Notes under the pieces: model-generated | The model's input: only the letters and a program-made list of their open reading frames with translations | The model's database searches: none | What the model was told of the DNA's origin: nothing | Source: a virus | Taxonomy: Duplodnaviria > Caudoviricetes | Strand: one strand, 5' to 3' | DNA length: 53,239 nt | IMG/VR virus record: IMGVR_UViG_3300045006_000427 | Coordinates: 1 to 53,239 of that record | Shown here: piece after piece, positions 1-11,363 of the stretch | Layout: each line of letters opens with the position of its first letter | Position numbering within the stretch: position 1 is the first letter of the stretch | Made by a program: the position numbers and the translations under genes

Positions 1-267
1 ACAGCCTTAAGCACAGAAACAGCCAAGATCAAAGAAATAGGGGAACCTATTTTTATTGCAGATTTATATACGGTACTTAAGAAAGTGGATGGAATTTTGG
101 ATGTAACTAAGATTCGTATAGTGCCGAAAGCAGGTGGTGTATATAGTGACTATACCTTTAATTTTATTTCCAGCACTTCTTCTGATGGTAGAATGATTTC
201 CTGTCCTCAGAATGTTATTTTTGAGATGAAATATCCCAAACTTGATATCATTGGAGCGATTAAATAA
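1..267 (+). CDS. C-terminal fragment of baseplate wedge protein (T4 gp6-like), 5' truncated
   Basis: Frame is open from position 1. Ends ...VDGILDV...IFEMKYPKLDIIGAIK, resembling gp6-like wedge C-termini; followed by baseplate-type genes. Confidence 0.6.
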   Translation, partial: TALSTETAKIKEIGEPIFIADLYTVLKKVDGILDVTKIRIVPKAGGVYSDYTFNFISSTSSDGRMISCPQNVIFEMKYPKLDIIGAIK

Positions 268-1667
268 TGATTAAGCGCTTTATAGCCACAAAGGACAATA
301 CGATTACCAACGCCTTCGAAGCCAATCTTGTTGATCGCGGCAAAGAAGCAAATATGGGTCTTTCAGATATTTTAGAAACTTTTTCTATCTATGCTCAGGC
401 TTCAACTTCTTCTATGGAGGCGTCTCGCATTCTTTTACAGTTTCCGGTGGATGAAATAATAGAAGACAGAGTGCTCGGTCTTCTGCCTGCTTCTGGTAGT
501 GTTTCTTTTTATCTGCGTTTGTTTAATGCTCCTCATGCACAAACATTACCTAGAAATTTCGTATTAGCTATAAAGCCGGTTTCTTCTTCGTGGGATGAGG
601 GAACTGGTTTGGATATGGAAACATATTTGGATACAGGCGTGTCGAACTGGCTTAGTAGCAGTACGGGAATTGGCTGGACTTCGGAAGGGGGTGATTATCT
701 GGCGGCTCCAGCATATCAGTATTCACAATCTTTTGATCTTGGTAATGAAAATATTAATGTTGATATTACGAACTTGGTTGAAGATTGGATGGCTGGTACT
801 ATAGATAACTATGGTATCGGCGTCATGATGAGTGGAGCATATGAAGATGGTTCTTTATCTGCTTCTTTTTATACCAAGCGCTTTTTTGCCAGGGGAACAG
901 AATTTTTCTTTATGCGTCCTGTGATCGAAGCTCAATGGAATTCAGCAATCTGTGATGATAGAGCTACTTTCTATGCTAGTAGTTCTTTGGCTCCGGTGGC
1001 GGATAATACCAACGTTATTTATCTCTATAATGTGGTGCGTGGACAGATGGTTAACATTCCTTCGGTGTCTACAGGATCGATTTATGTAGATCTTTATGCA
1101 GAATTAGGAGGTTCTCCGCTTAATGTTTCTCCGATTACTGGAGGCTGGGTTTCGGAGGGAATATATTCTGCTTCTGTGGTGTTAAACACTACTGCCAGTT
1201 TGATTTATGACGTATGGTACAAAAATGAACAATATTATACTGGTTCGATAGAAGTAAATTCCTTTGCCGGGAGCGCATACAGTCCCAATCCTCAGTATGT
1301 TGTCAATGTGACCAACTTGAAGTCTAAATATTCTCGTAAGGAACCCAACGCTCGATTTAGGTTGTATGTGCGTCAAAAATCTTGGAGTCCTACAATCTAT
1401 ACAGTGAGTTCTACTGATATTGAGACTTCGATAATAGAAAAAGTATATTATAATGTTGTTCGCACTAAAGATGATTATGAAGCAGTTTCTTATGGAACAG
1501 GCAGCATTGAATATACCAAGCTTTCATATGATACGAAAGGTAATTATTTTGATCTTGATATATCACTTCTAGAAGCTGGATATTCGTATGCTGTTAACTT
1601 ATTATATAATATTGCCGGTTACTATTATGAACTTTCAGAGGTTTGTCGTTTTAGGGTCGAAGAATGA
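267..1667 (+). CDS. Virion structural protein (baseplate/tail-associated; N-terminal beta-sandwich resembling DNRLRE-type domains)
   Basis: 466 aa; motifs 'KDNTI', 'SRILLQF', 'WDEGTG', 'W...GGD', 'VDITNLVEDW...NYGI', 'RP.IEAQW'; overlaps neighbouring ORFs. Confidence 0.55.
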   Translation: MIKRFIATKDNTITNAFEANLVDRGKEANMGLSDILETFSIYAQASTSSMEASRILLQFPVDEIIEDRVLGLLPASGSVSFYLRLFNAPHAQTLPRNFVLAIKPVSSSWDEGTGLDMETYLDTGVSNWLSSSTGIGWTSEGGDYLAAPAYQYSQSFDLGNENINVDITNLVEDWMAGTIDNYGIGVMMSGAYEDGSLSASFYTKRFFARGTEFFFMRPVIEAQWNSAICDDRATFYASSSLAPVADNTNVIYLYNVVRGQMVNIPSVSTGSIYVDLYAELGGSPLNVSPITGGWVSEGIYSASVVLNTTASLIYDVWYKNEQYYTGSIEVNSFAGSAYSPNPQYVVNVTNLKSKYSRKEPNARFRLYVRQKSWSPTIYTVSSTDIETSIIEKVYYNVVRTKDDYEAVSYGTGSIEYTKLSYDTKGNYFDLDISLLEAGYSYAVNLLYNIAGYYYELSEVCRFRVEE

Positions 1668-4600
1668 GCGTTAAAAAGCTTTTTGCTGTGTCTAAAAAAG
1701 TATTGCCTGCTACCAGTATTGACAACGTAGCGGAAACTATTGAATCTGTAGAGCAGATTCAAGCGGTTGCAACTGAGCAGGCTAGATATGTACCTCGTAT
1801 TGATTTTTCTAATTTAAGCAACTTTGTTCATTATGGCTCGGCAGAAAAATATTATCAGGATGCTTTTGCTTATATTGCCAGAACCTATCCTTATGATGGT
1901 TCTCTAGCAGAACGGCAACAATGGCATAATTCTGCTTCATACTTTGACAACTATGTTTATGACAATTTATACCCCAAAGCTGTAGGTTGTGCTGTTTTCT
2001 CTCCTCAAGGATATGGCGTGCTTTTGGGCAGTTCTTCTTTGGGTATTTGGGAGCCACAAGATCAAGAATATATCTCTGTTCAAGGTGGTCCTCATGCAGA
2101 TGAGGAAGCGGCTAGTATTTCTAAGGCATTTCCGGAACCTTATGCCGGTAAGGCCAATTATTTAGATACGGCATCGGGTCGAAGTTCCAATCTAAGCTGG
2201 AATGGTGACGATGGTGCCACAGTAGAATTTTGGCTTAAGCGTCATACTTCTGGGTCTTCTTGCGGAGTAGAAACTGTTATAGATCTTTGGAATGGATTTG
2301 CATCAGGTAGTGTAAGCTATGGACGCTTGTTGGTTGCTTATCTGGATCGTGGTCTTCCGGGGCAACAGTATGTTTATCCCATAGTTTGTTCTGGTAGTTT
2401 TGTTGGTGGCGTTCCCACTACTGGCTATGCAACATTTTTTAGCGGCGTGACTTCATTGGCTAGTGATGTTTGGCATCATTATGCTGTGGTTTTTCAGAAC
2501 AACGGTACTGATTTTGACTGTACTTTGTATGTAGACGGAACACTGATTGCCACACAAACTAATGTTGGTGCGGGCGGCATGGCAACGGTGCTGGGGAATC
2601 AAGGTCTTTCTGCCAATGTGGGCGCGCTGCGTACCGCCTGGCCTGAAGATGATAGTGATACAGGCTGGGGAAAGGTTTCTGGTTCTTTGGATGAAGTTCG
2701 ATTCTGGAAGACAGCCCGCTCTTCTGCCGATATTGGTAGACACTGGTTTGAACATGTAGGTGGTGGAAGTAATACGGACGATGCTAATGTAGCACTTGGC
2801 TTATATTATAAATTTAATGAAGGCATTTTCACTTCCGCTAGTACTGTTGATGCTCACGACGAGACGGTTCTTGATTATTCTGGACGTATTTCTAACGGTA
2901 CTTGGCGTGGTTATGTTTCTGGTTCTAGAAGCCCCCTTTCAGCTATTAATGAAAGTGGCTTCTTTGATGTTGACGAAGAACAAGATCCGATAATTTACAC
3001 TGTTCATTCAGAATATATTGATACTTTAGATCTATATGCTACTTCTGGTTCTGCTTACGATACCATAAACAATGCAGCACTATGGAAGCTAGTACCTGCT
3101 TGGATCACTGAAGAAGATGAAGCAACAAATGGAATATTGCAAAATCTAGTACAAATTATGGCGTCTTATCTAGATCAGCTTCATCAAATGATTCATGATA
3201 TTCCAAGCATACAAGACACCACCTATGTTCAGGAAGGCTATAAACCTAATTTCTTTGCACGTCGGCTGCTGGAAGGCGCTGGTCTTCGCACACCAGAGCT
3301 TTTTAGTGAAGCTTCGATATTAGAATCCGTTGCCAAACAAAGCGATATTCAACGCTTTAGTACAAAACTAATAGATGTTAAAAATCTCATTTATCAGAAT
3401 TTATATAATAACCTGACTTATCTCTATAAAGCCAAAGGAACAGAGAAAGCACTACGCAACGCTCTTCGATGCTTTGGTATTGACGAAGATTTAGTAAAAG
3501 TCAACTTATATGCGCATAATGCGACCTATAAGCTTCAAGATCGTACTGTTTCGGTTGCGCGTAAGAAAAAATACTTAAGCACCGCTGCCGAGAATCGCCT
3601 AGGAGGTTCCGTATTTCAATCTTCTGGTTCTGCAATTTTAGCGGCAGATGAGAGTACCTTCTTGCCAGCGGTCTCCGGATCTGGTTGGTATGAAAACGGA
3701 GTAGCAACACTAGAAGTGAATGTGCAGTTTCCTGTAAAGCCGGAAACTGAATCAATATTTTATTATGATACACCGTTTGTTAGTGCTTCTATTGTTGGCT
3801 TTCATGCTGCTCTTTCATCTAGTCAAAGTGATTATACTTGGGCTTCGCCCGATCCGGCGGTAGTTCTTTATGTTGTACGTCCAAGTGCCGAATCTACAGA
3901 TGCATTCTTTGCTCTTTCTTCTTCTGCTGGCGAAATTACTTCTAGTCTTTATCCGGGAGTTTATGATGGACAAAGATGGCAATTCGCAATTCGTTATGCA
4001 CCAATAAACTATGAAAATTATATCAATCGAATTACTGGCTCTACTGTTGTTCGCCAATGGGAGCTTTACGGTGTTTATACTACACTAGATTTGACTGAGC
4101 AGGAATTTACCATTTCTGGTAGCGCGGGAGTTCAAAATCTCTTTGCCACACCAATACGTGTTTTTGCTGGAGCACATAGACAAAACTTTACAGGTTCTAT
4201 CATAGACTATAGTGATTCTAATATTACAAATGTTAGATTTTGGTATGATTATCTACAAAATGAAGAAATAAAGTTTCATTCTCAAGACGTTTACTCTCTG
4301 GGCAGAAAACATCCTAATAGCAATGCCTATTTTGCTGTTCCACAACTAGATGGCATTTCTATTCCGGCAGAAGAAAGTTTAGCACTAAATTGGTCTTTTG
4401 ATCTCGTTACTGGCTCTAATGCTGATGGTAGATTTGCCGTACTAGATCTTTCTTCGGGTTCTTTGGAGCAGATAGATGCTGCTCGTTATCGTTTTTTGAG
4501 CGGTGCTCTTGGCAACAAGCATCCCGGTCAAGGTTGGGGTTTTGCAGCTAACGATGATCAGGTGGTAGATTTGCTTTATGTGCCTAGTGCTAAATTGCAG

Positions 4601-7600
4601 CTTCCTGGTGCTGCGTGTAGTTCTGATATGGTAGCTATTCTCGAAGAAGATGATGAAATATTTACGAGGGCTTCTGCGCCAATCAATTATTTCTTTGCTG
4701 CGGAAAAAAGTATGTCTCAATGTGTTTCAGAAGACATGCTTAAGCTTTTTGCTACTATTGCAGATTTTAACAATCTTATTGGAGAGCCTGTTCATCGTTA
4801 TCGTCTAACATATAAATCTCTTGAAAAACTACGACAGCTATATTTTAATCATATTACAAACATAAGCAGCTTTGAGAGATTTGTAGATTTTTATAAATGG
4901 ATTGATTCAGCTATTTCTGATGTGCTTTATCAGCTAGTTCCTGCTTCAGCAGATGTTTCAGATAGTTTGAGAACAATGGTAGAGAGCCATATTCTTGAAC
5001 GTAATAAGATTCGTACTCAATTTCCAACACTGGAAATGAAAGAGAAGCCACTAGTAGGGCGACTTCGGGGTGTCAACGAGATGCTTTATAGCTGGCTCTC
5101 GGGACATGCTCCAGTATCTTCGGCTGAGGCAACATCACGTTGTATATGGTGGCAGGAACGAGCAGAGAGAGACTTAACTAGTGCAATCGCTTCTTCTGAT
5201 CCCTTGGTAGACGCACAGCGAGAGAACATTCGTTTAGTTTGCGAACAGCTACCGGATCTTTCTGATGCGCCAGAACAATACGATCCCGTGACGCCACAGC
5301 GTTATGAACAAAATACCTATGCGAATCGGCAGCTAGCTAATGTTGCTAGGCTATCAGTTACTAGAGGTAGTGTAACGGTTTTGGCTAAGGAGCCAGAAGG
5401 ATTTAATAAAAATCTAGATTTTATTTATGATACTCTTCCTCGTGATCACGGTATAGGTTCTGAAGCACTTAGGGTAGTGCCCGTTCTTAGTGACTTAACA
5501 GGCGGTGTTAACGCTTCGGAAGCTAGACGACACTTGATTTGTTTGCGTGAACGCGATGCTAGTAGGGGTTATGGTTCTGTAGATGATGTTGGCTCGCGGA
5601 TTTATAAAACCAAGCTTCGCGGATGGTATTTGCAGCATAGCGGTAGTGCAGAAATGTATCGTGGCAACATTGTTGCTCCGTTTTCTATGTTTTATCATTA
5701 CAACACTAGCGATAATCCTGATGCTCGTTTGGCTGGCTATGTGCTGTTGCTTACAAATCAACATGTAGATTCTTATGGTTCTTGGATAGACGCTCCAGTG
5801 CAAGGTCCGTTTACAGAGGCCCACGTGGGCGGTAGAGCGCACAGACACACGAGTTTGAACGAAGGTGCGGATACTATAAATGAACGTCTGGAGGGCTACA
5901 GAATTGCAGCAGAAGGTGCTTATTTTGTGTTACGCCCTCCTGTGCGCGGCATGTCTTATGCCAGGGAAGGCTTGACTAAACGACCTATTAACATAGCTAA
6001 TATTTCAAGCTCGCTAGATTCTAAGATTTTGGGGAACTATCGTTTTCCATGGGAAGTATTGCATACTGTCGGTCGCAGACACAACAATGGTTGGTTAGTG
6101 GATCTGACAGGTTCCTTGCCGCCATTTAACTTATTTCCGCTTTATGGCAATCCAGATTTTTCGCTTCCGGAGCGTGGACGACACGCTTGTATATTTGCTG
6201 AGCGTTTTTCTGCTCCGGGAGACAAAGAAACGATGTCCAGAGGTTATCTGGATAGAGCAAGTGAAGAATATTCTCCTTATAACGCAATGCCGTGGAGAAA
6301 CCGGGTTGTTCGACAAGCACTGAATGATTGGTCTTCGATTTATTGTTTGCAGGGAGGCTATAATAGTGTTCTTGGTGCTTCTTATGCTAACTGGCATAAA
6401 GTAAATCGCAATCCGCAATATCGTTATGAGAATATTAGTGGTTCATACGTATGTATGCCGAGCTACGACAACTTGTTCGTTCAGCACGCATTGCCGCAGA
6501 GAGATCTTCAATACTCTTGGATTACAGCTTCATATTTGGATTATCCGTGTATGATTAGCATTCCCAGAGATGGCTATATTTCTGGTTCTTCGGGTTATGT
6601 TCCTGCTATTACATTTGCGTCATCTAGCGAGTATTACGATGCCAATGGGCGTTTTAACTTTGTAGGAGCTAAACTGGGTGCCAGCATAGGGCTCATTGAT
6701 TCTGTTGATATTGATACTAATACTGTCAGTGGTACAATTGCTGCTGCATCTACAGTGCCCCAGGCAGCAAAGCTTTATGGGTTCAATTTGCTGCGTAACG
6801 GTCCTTATGAACATCCGACTTGGAAACAGATTCGCGCTGGAGAACATGCAGTTAGCAGGAAGCACAAAGAGAACAATATTATTTCTGTGGAAGATGAAGC
6901 AAGCACTACAAAATATTCTGGCTATTTCTACAATCCGGATGTTGTTGCTACCGGGCTTTATAAGCAGGTCGTCTTTAAGGACATGCGCGGTGACGGGCAT
7001 ACGAATTTTATTGAACCTTGTGTGGCTTGGGGTCGTCCTGTGTCGTTTGTTCTTAATGACGGTACGGATACAAAAAATCAGTATCTCTATGCGTCGCTAG
7101 AGAACGACGTAGCGTTTTTTGCTAACATAGAGCTAAACAATAAGCTAGATTTGTTTCAGTCCGAGGGCGGTGCCTATGAAGAGGTATCTGCGCTTTATCT
7201 TGATGCTGCATCCACACATCAGTTTAAAGGATTGGTTTATTGCGAGGGAGTATTTCCCAAGGCGGTCAACGTTGGTCTTGCAAGGACGAGAACGCGGATA
7301 AATTACGATGAAGAAGCAGGCATTGGTGTTGGAGAGTTTGATCAAGATGTTTTGCACAGACGAAAGATTTGGGATAGCTCCTGTGCCAAGAGAGCACGTA
7401 GCTACGTTTATAGCGATGCAGCAAATAGTGGTCGTAACTGTTTAGGACAGCATGATAGAAGAAATAGTGTCTGGCCTCTAGATGATTTTTCGGGTAGTAT
7501 TTCTGGTACTATGCTTGTTGGTTGTGGTATTGGCGGGGAGCTTCACAATCTTATTACTACTGCTATGACGAGTAGTATTTCTAAATTTGGTGAATTTAGT

Positions 7601-10600
7601 TATCTGGACATGGTGCAACTTAATCAAAGCTATCCTGCTACCGCTTCTGTGCTCTTTTGTAATCCAGAAAGAATTGCCATTTCGGGAGCCTTGGAATATG
7701 GTATGCGCCCCTGGACAGCAGAATCAGAAAGCAACTTGACTCCTTGGTATTACAATTACAATGCCTTTACAGCAGATATTAGACCCCAATCTCAGAAAAT
7801 GTCTATTGTTCCAGAATTTCGTATTTCGGAACACATGGAACGCTATGTGATTGATCAGGGGGGCAATTTTAGAGGAGCGAGCAATCCGGCTATTCTTTCT
7901 GTTGATGGTGGCGATCCTTCTAGTAGCGCCGTAGGGAATGCTGTACCTGATGAAGATTTTTATGCGCATTATGCTCATAGTGATGTTGCTGAACAGTTTA
8001 CTAGGATCTTTGAGGATCATAAAGATCTTGCAGTAGGTGAAGAGATTGTTTTGAAGTGTAACGTGCTTAAGAAGCTGCTACCTTATAATGGTTTTTATCC
8101 GGTTCACAGAACGTTGCAACTAGCAAATTTGTTTTCGCAGTCGTATGCTGATAATATTGTAAGTGACACACCGGGTAGCGATCCGATGCCTCGCAGACTT
8201 CAGGCGTTAATGCAGCCATTTTTTGCTCCGGGGATTATGTATAACACCATAAAGTCTGGTATAGCTGTAGATTGGGCAGCGCAAACTGGAAGCGCTGCTG
8301 CATCTGCTGGTGCTGTTGGTGATTCGCTTGCATATGCATGCTGTTTTACTAATGATGCCGCTTCAGGCAATGATGATTTCTTAACTATTTCCAGCGGTTC
8401 ATGGAATTTTAATTATGCGAACGCTGACTTTTCTGCTTGTGCGTGGGTGCGTACTACCGATACGAATGGTGTGATTTGGTCACACGGAATGCTGGATAAT
8501 TGGACTTGTTTTGCCTGGGCTATATTTCTTTTTGAAGGTCAACCCTTAATTTGGTTAGGGGGTAATACTCCTGCGGTTGAAGCAAAATGCATTTATCTTA
8601 AAGATATGATGATCAACGACAACACCTGGCATTTGGTAGGATTTACCTGGCGAGATGGTGCAGTAGATGGAATACTTAAAATTTTTGTGGATGGCAATGT
8701 TTATACCGCCGCTAGTCGTCCATGGACAATTTTCGTAAATAATAGTTTGGCGCATATCAACAATCCTGCGCATGCAAGGGTTTGTTTTGCGACTGTCGAT
8801 CTTTCTGTGGCTGGACCAGCAGATACATCAACATTTGCTTTTGATGGCTTAATAGGCGATAGTGCTTTTTACAACGCTGCACTTTCCAACGCTGATATAG
8901 CAACCATATATGGTTATGGTCATTTAAAACCACCACTTAATCAGCCGGGAGCACCAGCGGGGCTAACACACTGGTACCGTATGGGTGAAGAACCAGGGGA
9001 TGATTTAACCACCATTTACGATGCTGTGGCGGCTGCTGATGCCACGGTATCGGGCGATACTAAAATTGTTGCTGTAGGTGCTCTGACCGCTTCTTGTGGT
9101 TTTTTGACAGAGGAGCCTAATTTCCGAATTCCCTTTGAAGCTCTGATAGATCCGGAATCCTATGTGCCGATATCGTCTTCACAGCACAATAACAGCATTT
9201 ATTTATTGGCTCCTTCTTGGCAATTAATAGATGATGGTGCTAGCTATGTTCCTAGTTTTACATGGAACGGCATGCACTCCAATGTGCTTTATGGTATGGC
9301 GGCGCATAACTTTTTTGGTGAATTGCCGAAGTTCTTCTTAAGAGATGGAACGCTTAATGTTTTTTCATCTGCTAAACAAGCTGAATTTAAAGCTTTGGTT
9401 TCTGGTACGACGTATTATATGGACATTGCTCTCTATAAGACTCCAGAATATTTTATGGTTCGAAGCCCTTATGGTTCGGCATCATATGCTGCTGGATATC
9501 CTGCTGCCACGGGTAGTTTCTATACGAGCGCAAGCTTAGGCTGGATAACTTCTTCATACGAATTAGAATATCATGGTAGATATTTTGGTCCAGCAATATT
9601 GCCTGTTAGTGCAGCTTTTTGTCATGGAGCGTTGCTTTCTGGTTCTTTGACTTCTTCTGGGGGCGCGTCTTATTCTCCAGAACAATTGGTTGCCGATCCT
9701 GCGTATGCTGCTTATACACCACCTTATTATTATGGTAAAGCCATTGCAAGATGTTCGTTCTTTGCTAATGAAAGTCGTAAGTTTTCTCTTGACGAAATTC
9801 ATGGTGGTATGCAAATTGAAGATCTTAATGAACAATTGGCAGATGCTATTGAACGTATAGATGAAGTCCGTCCTAGTGCTTCTTCTGGTAACATCCTTTG
9901 GGATAGTGCAATGCATCTAGATGCTTCTGTACAGCTTAAAGGAAAACAACGTCAGTTTAAAGCTGCTTGGACTGCTCAGCAAATGGCATTAGCGAGCTTG
10001 CCATGGGCCAAAGATCAAGATCTTGCACCACAAACAGTTTCGGACGAATCATCGGATGAAATGGATGCTTGGGTTATTTATCCTCGTTGCGAGTGTCCGA
10101 CATTACATTTTGCGGATGTTACTCTTGATGATCCTCATCGTGGTCCTTATGGTATGTGGTCTAATTATGGAACACCACTTCAAGGATCGGAAGGGATTTA
10201 TCTGGCTCTTGAAGAAAGCTTTAAAGAACGTACTAGTGCCAACCAGCCGGTTTATCCCAATACGGGTTCCTTGCTGGATGTTTGTGGTTTTAAAAAAGGA
10301 GTAAAGCGTATAGGAGAAGTAGCTGCTTCTAAAGTAATTGAAGAAGCCGTTATTGCAATTCCGTTCCGAGACAACCCCTCTCCAGACGGATTTGCTTCCA
10401 CGTTTCAGCTTGGCACAAGACACGTTTTTGCTCTTGATGCGGGAGAATTAACTGATCAGAAAAAGAAGATGTATGCTGTTGGTGCTTCTGTGTCAGACAT
10501 ACATTATACCTCTATTATGCACATGTTGGCTGCAATGCCAAAATATTATTTGCCGCCTGAATTTGACTTTTTGACATACACAGAAGATAAGCCTTTTGTA

Positions 10601-11338
10601 ATGTATATTTTTGAGTTTGCACATACGCTAGATTGTGCAGATCTATGTCGTATTTGGCAGGGCTTAATGCCAAAACTAGCTTATACTACTTATAAAGACG
10701 CGACAGAGATTCGTCACGGCATGGGTGTTCATGAGTTTTTTGGAGGCTTGCCTATACCTAACGATGTACGTTGGTTGATTTTCAAGGTAAAGCGTAAGGC
10801 GGAAAAGAGCTATTATAGTAGTACTGCTGATTCTAGAGATGATGAAAAATTTAAGTTTAGTTTTAAAGGTAGCAAAAAAGCTCCCGAGTACAGTTATAAC
10901 TGGCCTTATGACTATTTTTCTATGCTTGAATATGCATCTTTTGATGTTGGATTGGAATATGCTGCTTCAATTGTCAAAGACAAAAAGGTGCCCAATGTTC
11001 AATTGATTGAACAATTGTTGGTTTCACCGGAGGCCACCAAGACCGTTGTGGAAGCTTCTACGGTTGATATTGGTAATATTTCAGGTTGGCTAGCAATGAA
11101 TGGCGGAAAAAGACAAGGTGCTTTTACAGGCGTTACAGGCGTAGAAACCAATCTTGTGACCAATGCTTTGTTGTCTCCTGTTAAGGTGTCGCCGCAAAAC
11201 TCAATCATGGTACCTGCCTTCTTGCCGGTAAATTATAATCCAGGAAGCAAAATGACTTCAATGACCTGGGGGATGTTTAAAAATAAAAATGCTGATGGTA
11301 ATACCAGTAACAAACTAAAACAAGGAAAGATGTTTTAA
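1664..11338 (+). CDS. Giant baseplate/tail protein with two LamG/ConA-like domains and a gp7/P2 gpI-like wedge segment
   Basis: 3224 aa. LamG 1 at about 2200-2910 (TVEFW..WHHYAVV..LYVDG..GSLDEVRFW..YYKFNEG). 'LYKAKGTEKALRNALRCFG' at about 3420-3480. LamG 2 at about 8340-9075 (FSACAWVRT..WHLVGFTW..IFVDG..FDGLIGDSAFYNAALS..WYRMGE). Confidence 0.7.
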   Translation: MSVKKLFAVSKKVLPATSIDNVAETIESVEQIQAVATEQARYVPRIDFSNLSNFVHYGSAEKYYQDAFAYIARTYPYDGSLAERQQWHNSASYFDNYVYDNLYPKAVGCAVFSPQGYGVLLGSSSLGIWEPQDQEYISVQGGPHADEEAASISKAFPEPYAGKANYLDTASGRSSNLSWNGDDGATVEFWLKRHTSGSSCGVETVIDLWNGFASGSVSYGRLLVAYLDRGLPGQQYVYPIVCSGSFVGGVPTTGYATFFSGVTSLASDVWHHYAVVFQNNGTDFDCTLYVDGTLIATQTNVGAGGMATVLGNQGLSANVGALRTAWPEDDSDTGWGKVSGSLDEVRFWKTARSSADIGRHWFEHVGGGSNTDDANVALGLYYKFNEGIFTSASTVDAHDETVLDYSGRISNGTWRGYVSGSRSPLSAINESGFFDVDEEQDPIIYTVHSEYIDTLDLYATSGSAYDTINNAALWKLVPAWITEEDEATNGILQNLVQIMASYLDQLHQMIHDIPSIQDTTYVQEGYKPNFFARRLLEGAGLRTPELFSEASILESVAKQSDIQRFSTKLIDVKNLIYQNLYNNLTYLYKAKGTEKALRNALRCFGIDEDLVKVNLYAHNATYKLQDRTVSVARKKKYLSTAAENRLGGSVFQSSGSAILAADESTFLPAVSGSGWYENGVATLEVNVQFPVKPETESIFYYDTPFVSASIVGFHAALSSSQSDYTWASPDPAVVLYVVRPSAESTDAFFALSSSAGEITSSLYPGVYDGQRWQFAIRYAPINYENYINRITGSTVVRQWELYGVYTTLDLTEQEFTISGSAGVQNLFATPIRVFAGAHRQNFTGSIIDYSDSNITNVRFWYDYLQNEEIKFHSQDVYSLGRKHPNSNAYFAVPQLDGISIPAEESLALNWSFDLVTGSNADGRFAVLDLSSGSLEQIDAARYRFLSGALGNKHPGQGWGFAANDDQVVDLLYVPSAKLQLPGAACSSDMVAILEEDDEIFTRASAPINYFFAAEKSMSQCVSEDMLKLFATIADFNNLIGEPVHRYRLTYKSLEKLRQLYFNHITNISSFERFVDFYKWIDSAISDVLYQLVPASADVSDSLRTMVESHILERNKIRTQFPTLEMKEKPLVGRLRGVNEMLYSWLSGHAPVSSAEATSRCIWWQERAERDLTSAIASSDPLVDAQRENIRLVCEQLPDLSDAPEQYDPVTPQRYEQNTYANRQLANVARLSVTRGSVTVLAKEPEGFNKNLDFIYDTLPRDHGIGSEALRVVPVLSDLTGGVNASEARRHLICLRERDASRGYGSVDDVGSRIYKTKLRGWYLQHSGSAEMYRGNIVAPFSMFYHYNTSDNPDARLAGYVLLLTNQHVDSYGSWIDAPVQGPFTEAHVGGRAHRHTSLNEGADTINERLEGYRIAAEGAYFVLRPPVRGMSYAREGLTKRPINIANISSSLDSKILGNYRFPWEVLHTVGRRHNNGWLVDLTGSLPPFNLFPLYGNPDFSLPERGRHACIFAERFSAPGDKETMSRGYLDRASEEYSPYNAMPWRNRVVRQALNDWSSIYCLQGGYNSVLGASYANWHKVNRNPQYRYENISGSYVCMPSYDNLFVQHALPQRDLQYSWITASYLDYPCMISIPRDGYISGSSGYVPAITFASSSEYYDANGRFNFVGAKLGASIGLIDSVDIDTNTVSGTIAAASTVPQAAKLYGFNLLRNGPYEHPTWKQIRAGEHAVSRKHKENNIISVEDEASTTKYSGYFYNPDVVATGLYKQVVFKDMRGDGHTNFIEPCVAWGRPVSFVLNDGTDTKNQYLYASLENDVAFFANIELNNKLDLFQSEGGAYEEVSALYLDAASTHQFKGLVYCEGVFPKAVNVGLARTRTRINYDEEAGIGVGEFDQDVLHRRKIWDSSCAKRARSYVYSDAANSGRNCLGQHDRRNSVWPLDDFSGSISGTMLVGCGIGGELHNLITTAMTSSISKFGEFSYLDMVQLNQSYPATASVLFCNPERIAISGALEYGMRPWTAESESNLTPWYYNYNAFTADIRPQSQKMSIVPEFRISEHMERYVIDQGGNFRGASNPAILSVDGGDPSSSAVGNAVPDEDFYAHYAHSDVAEQFTRIFEDHKDLAVGEEIVLKCNVLKKLLPYNGFYPVHRTLQLANLFSQSYADNIVSDTPGSDPMPRRLQALMQPFFAPGIMYNTIKSGIAVDWAAQTGSAAASAGAVGDSLAYACCFTNDAASGNDDFLTISSGSWNFNYANADFSACAWVRTTDTNGVIWSHGMLDNWTCFAWAIFLFEGQPLIWLGGNTPAVEAKCIYLKDMMINDNTWHLVGFTWRDGAVDGILKIFVDGNVYTAASRPWTIFVNNSLAHINNPAHARVCFATVDLSVAGPADTSTFAFDGLIGDSAFYNAALSNADIATIYGYGHLKPPLNQPGAPAGLTHWYRMGEEPGDDLTTIYDAVAAADATVSGDTKIVAVGALTASCGFLTEEPNFRIPFEALIDPESYVPISSSQHNNSIYLLAPSWQLIDDGASYVPSFTWNGMHSNVLYGMAAHNFFGELPKFFLRDGTLNVFSSAKQAEFKALVSGTTYYMDIALYKTPEYFMVRSPYGSASYAAGYPAATGSFYTSASLGWITSSYELEYHGRYFGPAILPVSAAFCHGALLSGSLTSSGGASYSPEQLVADPAYAAYTPPYYYGKAIARCSFFANESRKFSLDEIHGGMQIEDLNEQLADAIERIDEVRPSASSGNILWDSAMHLDASVQLKGKQRQFKAAWTAQQMALASLPWAKDQDLAPQTVSDESSDEMDAWVIYPRCECPTLHFADVTLDDPHRGPYGMWSNYGTPLQGSEGIYLALEESFKERTSANQPVYPNTGSLLDVCGFKKGVKRIGEVAASKVIEEAVIAIPFRDNPSPDGFASTFQLGTRHVFALDAGELTDQKKKMYAVGASVSDIHYTSIMHMLAAMPKYYLPPEFDFLTYTEDKPFVMYIFEFAHTLDCADLCRIWQGLMPKLAYTTYKDATEIRHGMGVHEFFGGLPIPNDVRWLIFKVKRKAEKSYYSSTADSRDDEKFKFSFKGSKKAPEYSYNWPYDYFSMLEYASFDVGLEYAASIVKDKKVPNVQLIEQLLVSPEATKTVVEASTVDIGNISGWLAMNGGKRQGAFTGVTGVETNLVTNALLSPVKVSPQNSIMVPAFLPVNYNPGSKMTSMTWGMFKNKNADGNTSNKLKQGKMF

Positions 11339-11363
11339 AAACTAGATATATAAGGGATATATA

